From a phage, in assembly GCA_033286805.1 (NCBI GenBank), contig GCA_033286805.1_4727.1: a stretch of 64,000 nt of DNA; one strand, given 5' to 3'. The position numbers and the translations under genes are program-made. Shown one piece after another: positions 56,712 through 64,000 of the stretch (its first letter is position 1; each line of letters begins with the position of its first letter). The notes beneath the pieces were generated by a model, which was not told the origin of the DNA, searched no databases, and worked only from the letters and a program-made list of their open reading frames with translations.

Positions 56712-59306
56712 TTATAACGTGACTGTACCTAATTTGGTTGTCTTATTGAGATTAATGACAGAGATCTGGGTATCGCTGGTCGTAATCGTTCCGATATTAA
56801 CGCGCTGTCCTTTATCATCTTCTTGCTTGTAGATGGTTAACTCCAGCTCTAACTGGTCGCCATTAGGAACAACGGAAACGTACCATGTTTTATTACCTGG
56901 TGAACTATTATAGTCTTTTAGGTTATAATGGCCTTTAGGTAAGGTCATGACCTTACCGGCAAACAAGCAAGTGATGTCTTCGTTGATGTAGATATCGTAA
57001 CCGGAAGCAGCAACGACCGTAGAAACCATGTAGACATGTTTGACGGTACCTGCGAGGTATTCGGCTACGCTTGGTCCGTATGCTCTGAATACCTGTCCAC
57101 CATTGGATAAACGGTACGCTTCCCCAAGGTCGACGTACCCCAGACCCCATACCGGATGGACGTTGTAACGACGTCCGCTGCTGGCCAAATACTCATAAAG
57201 GTCATCTACCGATAACCCAACCCACGCACCACTGGCGTTCTTAGCACCACGGAATTGAAAATCGTTTGCGTTTCCTGGAGTAGCAACGCGCACGGACATC
57301 GCCCCGGCGATTAACCAACCATCAGCGCATTTACGATACCCTAATGGTCCCCACGCCCCCAGAGTGTTGTCAATGTTATTGATTTGGTCCCGAAGCGTGT
57401 AAGTTACCGTTGTGACGACCCCCGTTACGGTAATGTTCCCTTCCCGAGCGCTGGTCGTCACTTCAGACGTCATGATAGCCGCCTTCCTGGAGACAGGATC
57501 GTACACCGATATGAACATCAAGCAGGGGGCCCCTGTGGACGCCGGAGGAACCACGATAGAGCCGCGTATAACGGAGTATCTCTCAAGCTTCGGCGACGTG
57601 TAGGTATCCCAACAAAGTTTGGCCGCTCTGTCGAGTTCTGCCTGCGTGATGCTTATCGATGCCCCCTTTAAGGCTAACGTATCAGGGTCGACCTCAACCC
57701 TGCTGCTTAATCTCCCTTCCTGTAGCCAACTGCCAGTCACTATCGTCTGGTCGTCGCTCATGTGAATTGTCGCGAAACGTTCGCTCACTGAACCGCCTAC
57801 GTGGACGCGACTGGTTGGCGGGAATCCCATCACATCGACCACGCTGTTCTTATAGCGATAACTCAAATCCCAATCAGCGGTTATTAACCGCTTTTCGAAA
57901 TTGCTCTGACCCCCTGGGATGCGGGATAAGACATAGACCTTGTTCTTCGCCGTGAAGCCAACGAAGCCGTGTGGGCCACAGGACCCAACAACGCGGTCCT
58001 TGATGTTAATCCAGTTCCCCACCTCGTACGCGGATATTGGGGTGAGTTTTGCAAGTTCGTCGAAGACATTACCAGCGTAGTCACCAATGCGATACGATCG
58101 AACCATCGGCGAGGCCAGGTTATCATTCACACAGCTGGTAACCAGACCGTCCTCGCGAATGACCATGTTCCCGGTAAGGTTGGCCCCACCCCATGCCCAG
58201 AATCCGTCTTTATAATCACGGTCACGAGTTGACATCGTACAAGGGCCACGAAAGGACACCGAACCATCGGAGTTCACTTGTAATGACGGCGTTCCAGCAT
58301 TGGGACTTAATGTCCATTGCTTCGTATCCAGGTTCAAATCGACGTACCAGATCGTTGTCCCCTGGTCGGCGATATTCACGGTACTGTTAGTGTACCATGC
58401 CGTCGTGCAGTAGATTCGCGCAATGTTACCTTTTACAACAGCGTAATTTCTAATACCCGCACGAATAGGGACAAGCGTCGTTAATTGACTAGGATACGCT
58501 GTATGGTTTAACACTTCCCAGAAAAGAATATGGTCGAGGTTGGTTTTCGTCGTTCCCTCAAAAATCTTTCCACTAAACCCGGTTTCTTTGGTGAACTGTA
58601 CAGCCGCACCATTTTTAATGTCCGATAACATACAGGTATGTACATCGAGCCCGTTTTTCCCTTCATACGCCCACCAGACTAACAGGTACACTTTGTTTTT
58701 GTAGACGAACGTACTACAGCGCGCCATGCTGTCGGTAATACCCTCTACCGACCCGGTACACATGGCGGCGACATGCTTCTCTACGTTGAATGTGCCGTTA
58801 GTCAGAACGATGTAGGGCTGTGTGTTCTCGTCGTTTGCGTCCATCGCGACACCCATCATCACGCCGTGGTTATGACACCAGACCGATTGTGGGATTTTAG
58901 GTAGTGCTGTAGGCCTATACTGGCGACTGGTACCTATGGCGGTATCGAGCAGCCCTTCACCATTGTTTTTACAGATAGCGTAATACACCCCGTTTTTCAT
59001 GCTGTTGGATGCCGAGCGAAGGATGGAAACACTCCCGTCTGCTTCCTGACAGATTCCGTAGGTACGACGTTCGGTCATGGCTATCGCGCCATCAGCTGAC
59101 CCTTCGATGGCGAGAGGGAAGTAACTTTGATCGCCAATTTGTTCGATATCGGTTACGTCAATATCAATGTACTTTTCCATCTCGGTGTTGAACTCTGCGG
59201 TGCTGTACGCGCCGAGATCGCCAGCCTTTAACCCTGTTGGATTGCTTCGACTAGCGATACGCTCAGTAACGCTGGTCACCAGTTCGCTAAATTTTTTCAT
59301 TGCCAT
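56712..59306 (-). CDS. large hypothetical protein (864 aa), possibly tail spike/receptor-binding
   Basis: Long ORF within the tail-fibre cluster; no motif recognised. Confidence 0.45.
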   Translation of the reverse strand: MAMKKFSELVTSVTERIASRSNPTGLKAGDLGAYSTAEFNTEMEKYIDIDVTDIEQIGDQSYFPLAIEGSADGAIAMTERRTYGICQEADGSVSILRSASNSMKNGVYYAICKNNGEGLLDTAIGTSRQYRPTALPKIPQSVWCHNHGVMMGVAMDANDENTQPYIVLTNGTFNVEKHVAAMCTGSVEGITDSMARCSTFVYKNKVYLLVWWAYEGKNGLDVHTCMLSDIKNGAAVQFTKETGFSGKIFEGTTKTNLDHILFWEVLNHTAYPSQLTTLVPIRAGIRNYAVVKGNIARIYCTTAWYTNSTVNIADQGTTIWYVDLNLDTKQWTLSPNAGTPSLQVNSDGSVSFRGPCTMSTRDRDYKDGFWAWGGANLTGNMVIREDGLVTSCVNDNLASPMVRSYRIGDYAGNVFDELAKLTPISAYEVGNWINIKDRVVGSCGPHGFVGFTAKNKVYVLSRIPGGQSNFEKRLITADWDLSYRYKNSVVDVMGFPPTSRVHVGGSVSERFATIHMSDDQTIVTGSWLQEGRLSSRVEVDPDTLALKGASISITQAELDRAAKLCWDTYTSPKLERYSVIRGSIVVPPASTGAPCLMFISVYDPVSRKAAIMTSEVTTSAREGNITVTGVVTTVTYTLRDQINNIDNTLGAWGPLGYRKCADGWLIAGAMSVRVATPGNANDFQFRGAKNASGAWVGLSVDDLYEYLASSGRRYNVHPVWGLGYVDLGEAYRLSNGGQVFRAYGPSVAEYLAGTVKHVYMVSTVVAASGYDIYINEDITCLFAGKVMTLPKGHYNLKDYNSSPGNKTWYVSVVPNGDQLELELTIYKQEDDKGQRVNIGTITTSDTQISVINLNKTTKLGTVTL

Positions 59307-59318
59307 TATTCACCTCAG

Positions 59319-59804
59319 TTAAATCGGCGAATCAGGTAATTGGCCATCGACAATCTCGGTAGTGGCCACTTTACGTGTCGCAGCAAGATGTGCTGTGCCC
59401 TGAACTTTGTTCCAGGTACCGATACGCATCACGTTTTTATAGCTGCTGTTACTGTCGCTCAATGTGTAAACAAAACCGTTATCCGTGACAGCAAGATAGA
59501 TCCAACCGGTTGATGCGCTAACACCAGAAACATCCAACGTGGTCGCGGGCACCGTTCCTGTTATCGTGTTGTATTCCGCTTCACCTTGGCCGATGCTGAT
59601 CCTCCCGTTGTTGTAGCTGGCTGCTGGAATTATTTTATTTCGGCTGAAGAAAAGGAACGGAAGATAACGTTGTGTGACAAGAGGTGTAAGTTTAGGAGCC
59701 ACTTCTGTCTTGGCGTACACGTTTGTCTGCGTCGTTGTTACTGAATGAGGATTCTTCTTGGCCAGGTAGGCTCCCCATTCAGAAAGCAATGTCGATAACT
59801 TCAT
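59319..59804 (-). CDS. hypothetical protein (161 aa), tail-fibre-cluster gene
   Basis: ORF in the fibre cluster. Confidence 0.45.
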   Translation of the reverse strand: MKLSTLLSEWGAYLAKKNPHSVTTTQTNVYAKTEVAPKLTPLVTQRYLPFLFFSRNKIIPAASYNNGRISIGQGEAEYNTITGTVPATTLDVSGVSASTGWIYLAVTDNGFVYTLSDSNSSYKNVMRIGTWNKVQGTAHLAATRKVATTEIVDGQLPDSPI

Positions 59805-59808
59805 ACGA

Positions 59809-60324
59809 CTACCCCATATAACGTTTTTGGCCGAGGATAAAGACCTTGTTAAGGACCACCGAGGTAATGCCTGACGCGTTGCAACTCACCTGCCCAACAC
59901 GAATCGCTGTTGATGAATCAGCCCCAGCACTACTGTTCCAACTCCAGCCGACCGACCCACCTTTCTGATGAATAAACAGATATCCGGTTTTGTTTGCCCA
60001 ATCGGAAGTAAGATTTTTGATGTCTAACGTTCCTTTCGCCAGAATATAGTCGGTACCAGCGATCATGACGGGGATTTCAGGATACGAGATTACCGTACCG
60101 CTGGCGGTAACGTTGCTGATGCGATCACTACGAATATCAGTACAATCACCGAAATACGCTACGGGGAGTATCCCCTTAGGGAGCTTTTTGCCGATTCTCG
60201 TATCGATAGTGTTTTTATCGGGTGCGTCGATTTGCGCTGCAGTGACTTGGTTAGGGTTATCCTTCCTTGCGTACCATGTCGTCATGCGAGCACCCAATTC
60301 ACTCATTTTTGTGCCCATTTTCAC
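59809..60324 (-). CDS. hypothetical protein (171 aa), tail-fibre-cluster gene
   Basis: ORF in the fibre cluster. Confidence 0.45.
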   Translation of the reverse strand: MKMGTKMSELGARMTTWYARKDNPNQVTAAQIDAPDKNTIDTRIGKKLPKGILPVAYFGDCTDIRSDRISNVTASGTVISYPEIPVMIAGTDYILAKGTLDIKNLTSDWANKTGYLFIHQKGGSVGWSWNSSAGADSSTAIRVGQVSCNASGITSVVLNKVFILGQKRYMG

Positions 60325-60352
60325 ATCCTATCGAAAAATAAAAAGAAGGAAA

Positions 60353-60369
60353 GGTGGGTAGAACCCACC
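60353..60369 (-). terminator. Intrinsic terminator on the minus strand (GGTGGGT...ACCCACC, then T-rich TTTCCTTCTTTTTATTTTTCG)
   Basis: Hairpin immediately after the stop of 60376..62529 with a long U-tract on the minus strand. Confidence 0.6.
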
Positions 60370-60375
60370 CATCCG

Positions 60376-62529
60376 TTATAACGTTTCGAAGTCGGTTGCT
60401 TTGATAACCGCGTTGAAGTTGGCAAGGAATTCCTTAAGCAATGCTTGGAAGACATCACGGAACGCTGTGTTCGTCTGCAAGCTGGTTAAATAATCGTTCT
60501 TAAGGTAATCGCTCAGCTTACCGATCTTCTGCATCTTCTCGCCGTCTTGGTTCTCTCCAGGTTCTTGGCTGTTGATGTTAACCCATTTGATCCCTTCGAG
60601 ATCACCATCGGCAAGGAAGTTGGCGGGTGTCTCATCGTCGTTCAGGATTTTAATCGTATCACTGGATTCAATGCCACCGTAAGCTTCCAGAAGCTGGTTG
60701 ACTGTTAGCGTGTTGGTGTTGATTGAACCATTGACACCATCAATACCGATGCCTGCACCTGTGATGGATGTCGCCGAAAGATCGATCGGTCCGGTTAACT
60801 TACCACCGTTGATCGGTAACGCACCAACTTGCTCGGCGGTGTGTGTATGGTTAGCTAACGCCGCAAACGCCACGATAGACTTATACGTCGAATACGGCGT
60901 CATATACGCTGATTGGTTGGTGTTGTCAGCCGCTTCAGTATCGGTAGCGACATTAAAGTTCTGCACGTTGCTGAGACCGACCTGCGCCTTCGTTACTTCA
61001 TGCGGATTGCTCTTATTGACAACGTGTGCTGCAAAACCATCACCAGCTAAAGCAGTGATTGCCGCTTTTGTCGCAGCCGGTGTCATATAGCGGTTGGTTG
61101 CTTCACCCGTTTGCGCCTCTTCGTCGGAAGCAACAGGATAGTTCTCAACGCTCCCCAAACCAACCTGAGATTTTGTTACTTGGTGTGGGTTTTCGGTATT
61201 CGCGATGTGACTACTGAACCCTTGACCAGCCAGTTGCTCGATTGCGTAACGAACAAGTATTGGCGTCATGTACTTGTTGTTAACTTGACCATCGATAGCT
61301 TCTTGGGTGGTGGCAACCCCGAAGTTTTGCACGCTCCCCAACCCAACCTGCGCTTTCGTAACAGCGTGGGGGTTATTGGTGTTACCGATGTGATCGGTAA
61401 CCGTTGGGGTGATTAATCCTGCGATAGCGGCTGCCGTGGTCGCAGGGGTCATGTATTTATCGTTAGCAACACCCGCAGCAGCTTCTACGTTAGATGCTAC
61501 ACCGTAGTTCAATACATTTCCTAACCCAACTTGAGCTTTGGTTACCCCGTGGGGGTTGTTCTTGTCTCCGGTATGGGTTGTCAACGTAGCGTTAACGTTA
61601 TCGATACGCGTGCTTAAGCCATCGGTGATTGCTTTGATTGCGGCTCGTACACCCACTGGTGTCGTGTACAGATTGGTGGCCGTACCGGTAATGGTTGCAT
61701 TACTATCGGCTGTACCGTAGTTCTCAACGTTTCCGAGTCCCACCTGGGCTTTCGTTACCTTGTGTGGGTTGTTATAGTTGCTGATGTGTGCAGCAGCACT
61801 ATCACCACTCAGGTTAGCGATCATCTTACGCGTCATCGCCAACGTCATGTACAGATTTTCACCGATGGTTTCCAGATCGCTCTCGGTCGCCGTTGTGAAG
61901 TTCTGAACATTCCCCAATCCAACTTGAGCCTTGGTTACCCCATGGGGGTTATCGCGACGATTCTCGTGCTGCAGCAATGCGGTCATTGCTTTATTGAACC
62001 CTTCTTCAAGCGGTTCTTTCAATGATTCGATTGCGGCCACCACATCGTCCCACGTCATTGTGTCGGTTTCGACATTATGTTGGTGGTTGATTGGTGGGAA
62101 TACGGAAGGAACGTCGGCAACCTTTTCCCAGAACGTAACGCGGGGATCGTAAAGGTTGTTGGCTAAAACGTTAAGAATTTGTTGTTGATCAAGTGTAAAC
62201 TCACCCCCCAGTGAATAGTAGTTCAGTTGCAACTGTCCACTGAATGCGGTGTCCAACAGCATGATGGAACCGTATAATTCCAGGCCGGTCAGCGCAGCCA
62301 TGGCACGGAAGGGGTGAGTGCATAAAAAGTCAACGCCTTCTTCCAGATACGCGTTTGTTTCAGGGTTGTAGATCTTTAACCCATTACGAAAATATGGCGC
62401 GTATTTAGGAACGAGAAAGTTAAATCCGGTCCCCGTGGAAGGACGGACAGTGACGAGTTCTTCTGGAACCCATGCGCCATCCAAATTCCCCTGCGGGTTA
62501 TACGGAAGGCGTTTAATTTCATCTGTCAT
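60376..62529 (-). CDS. Tail fibre protein paralogue with about 7 NPH-x-VTKAQVGLG(N/S)V modules
   Basis: Same repeated module as 54650..56698 but no S74-like C-terminus. Confidence 0.65.
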   Translation of the reverse strand: MTDEIKRLPYNPQGNLDGAWVPEELVTVRPSTGTGFNFLVPKYAPYFRNGLKIYNPETNAYLEEGVDFLCTHPFRAMAALTGLELYGSIMLLDTAFSGQLQLNYYSLGGEFTLDQQQILNVLANNLYDPRVTFWEKVADVPSVFPPINHQHNVETDTMTWDDVVAAIESLKEPLEEGFNKAMTALLQHENRRDNPHGVTKAQVGLGNVQNFTTATESDLETIGENLYMTLAMTRKMIANLSGDSAAAHISNYNNPHKVTKAQVGLGNVENYGTADSNATITGTATNLYTTPVGVRAAIKAITDGLSTRIDNVNATLTTHTGDKNNPHGVTKAQVGLGNVLNYGVASNVEAAAGVANDKYMTPATTAAAIAGLITPTVTDHIGNTNNPHAVTKAQVGLGSVQNFGVATTQEAIDGQVNNKYMTPILVRYAIEQLAGQGFSSHIANTENPHQVTKSQVGLGSVENYPVASDEEAQTGEATNRYMTPAATKAAITALAGDGFAAHVVNKSNPHEVTKAQVGLSNVQNFNVATDTEAADNTNQSAYMTPYSTYKSIVAFAALANHTHTAEQVGALPINGGKLTGPIDLSATSITGAGIGIDGVNGSINTNTLTVNQLLEAYGGIESSDTIKILNDDETPANFLADGDLEGIKWVNINSQEPGENQDGEKMQKIGKLSDYLKNDYLTSLQTNTAFRDVFQALLKEFLANFNAVIKATDFETL

Positions 62530-62561
62530 GATGCGCCCTTTACAAGTTGTTAGTAAGTATG

Positions 62562-62579
62562 GGATACCCTGGGGTATCC
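62562..62579. promoter_or_regulatory. Palindrome GGATACCC-TG-GGGTATCC upstream of the tail fibre gene
   Basis: Related to the palindrome at 48978-48997; downstream TTACTA element shared. Confidence 0.45.
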
Positions 62580-62633
62580 TGTGTTAACAGCGGTAAAATA
62601 TTACTGTAACTATAAAATAAGGGGGCCTCTCCC

Positions 62634-63914
62634 ATGTATACATTGGTAAAAACTTACGGATTACCCGTAGGTTCTGGCACGGCCTGGACAGCGCTTGAGG
62701 CGGGTGAAAGTGTCCTGAGTACGTTGTTCTCAACGTATCAAAAACTCAAGATCCAGGTCCATGAAAGCTATGCTGACCAGCAACAAGTTATTGATCTGTA
62801 CGCGTTCCAATCCGAGCTTCAAAACAGCAGTGATACGCTCAATGCGTGGCTGAAGGCGAAATCGGACGCACATACTAACCTCCGTGGACAGCCAGGCGAG
62901 CTGTCGATTAAAACCCACAAGCTTTATTGTCACGACGTTATTACAGTAGGCTTTCTCCCTAAAGTCGGTAATAGCGGCTATCATCCGAGCAACGCGATCC
63001 CTGAGTCGGAACGCACTGATATCCTGTTGACGAAAGCGAATACGAACTACGAAAATATCGGTAAGCATTGCTTGTTTACCGTAGGTGGTTATGTTCATCC
63101 TCACGTTTACGGTAAAGACGTCGGTGTCTATATCCAGGGCGGGTTCAAGACGGCACAGCGTAGCCAAGAAAACGATATCGGCATGATTGATTTTAGCCGT
63201 ATCGGGAGTTTGGAAATCCATGCCATCACAGAAGAGATGATTGCTGATTCCACGAAGCTCTTGCCGTATAAGGACGAGATGTACTTGCGGTTACCGCGCA
63301 AGGTCGCCGAAGATGAAACCGTCGCGCTGGTGTTCGGGGGATATTTACATCTTCTTGACGATTGTTACACGATCGTTAGTGACACGACAGCAAAAATAAA
63401 CTGCATTAACATGTTTCTTTATGAAAGATACTTCCGTTCCCGCAAATACCTTGATCTAACGTCTCTTGGTATTCTGTTGAACGAAGAAGACCCGCAGTCC
63501 GATATTGTTGCCAATCGTTTATTGTCCGATAAAGCATTAAAAGCGTGGGTGACGCATCCTTGCAGTTTCTGGGTGTATATCAAAGCAACATCGATTCAGG
63601 TTACGCAAGAACCTTTACCACGAAGTGGTGTACCAGGACAATATTTCTTAGGTAAGAAACCGGAAGGACTGATTCGAGCCGATCTTGGTGAGTTACCGGC
63701 TTACGTGCAGACCTATGAAAAACCGTTATGGGTACTTCACTCGCGCTGGGGACTTCGTAAGAACATGTTGTTTGAAAACACATTGTACAAGCACACCCGC
63801 GTTAAGCGGCTTAACGATACGCCTTATCTTCACCAGGTCTGGTTGGAAACGCACGCGACGTTGCAGACAGTACACAAGCTCGAATTGATCGATTCCAGTC
63901 AGAAAAACAAATAA
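62634..63914 (+). CDS. hypothetical protein (426 aa)
   Basis: Long ORF followed by a conserved hairpin. Confidence 0.55.
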   Translation: MYTLVKTYGLPVGSGTAWTALEAGESVLSTLFSTYQKLKIQVHESYADQQQVIDLYAFQSELQNSSDTLNAWLKAKSDAHTNLRGQPGELSIKTHKLYCHDVITVGFLPKVGNSGYHPSNAIPESERTDILLTKANTNYENIGKHCLFTVGGYVHPHVYGKDVGVYIQGGFKTAQRSQENDIGMIDFSRIGSLEIHAITEEMIADSTKLLPYKDEMYLRLPRKVAEDETVALVFGGYLHLLDDCYTIVSDTTAKINCINMFLYERYFRSRKYLDLTSLGILLNEEDPQSDIVANRLLSDKALKAWVTHPCSFWVYIKATSIQVTQEPLPRSGVPGQYFLGKKPEGLIRADLGELPAYVQTYEKPLWVLHSRWGLRKNMLFENTLYKHTRVKRLNDTPYLHQVWLETHATLQTVHKLELIDSSQKNK

Positions 63915-63923
63915 CCAAACATA

Positions 63924-63955
63924 ACCCTCCTCCAACCCGTAAGGGAAGGAGGAGG
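63924..63955. terminator. Conserved stem-loop family member (CCCTCCTCC aa CCC GTAA GGG aa GGAGGAGGG)
   Basis: 9-bp outer stem, GUAA tetraloop on an inner CCC/GGG stem; immediately after the stop at 63914. Confidence 0.6.
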
Positions 63956-64000
63956 GAATATGCTGTTATGCTACATATAAGGTTAGATAACCATCGATGA

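Noticed and set aside
54650-62529. Possible CRISPR array suggested by the many near-identical repeats in the tail-fibre region
   Set aside because: The repeats are in-frame coding repeats of about 120 nt inside long ORFs, diverge at synonymous positions, and have no short unique spacers or leader.
1-64000. tRNA genes and jumbo-phage nucleus or tubulin (chimallin/PhuZ) genes
   Set aside because: I found no T-loop-like GGTTCGAATCC/GTTCAAATC contexts with an acceptor stem and no GGGTGSG tubulin motif; absence in this window says nothing about the rest of the genome.

Overview
Gene-dense, mostly minus-strand window (about 60 protein-coding ORFs) that reads like part of a phiKZ-like jumbo phage genome with enterobacterial-style codon usage. 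It contains split multisubunit RNA polymerase beta'/beta genes next to a 2252-aa giant protein with a GH19 lysozyme-like domain, DNA-metabolism genes (RNase HI-like, dTMP kinase, RuvC-like resolvase, Rad50/SbcC-like ATPase), a GH108-type endolysin and a tail-fibre cluster. The most striking signal is two ORF-less group I introns on the minus strand flanking the 1069-aa RNAP beta ORF: both show P, Q, R and S core elements and share an identical 21-nt R core. Other unexplained structure includes a family of CCUCC...GGAGG stem-loops at gene ends, a promoter-like motif (GGTAATATAG) upstream of four minus-strand genes, GGATACC-N2-GGTATCC palindromes, and a 0.8-kb C-depleted non-coding region with TTATCT repeats. 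All protein calls rest on motifs read by eye and recalled family consensus; no database search was run, and intron and gene boundaries are approximate.
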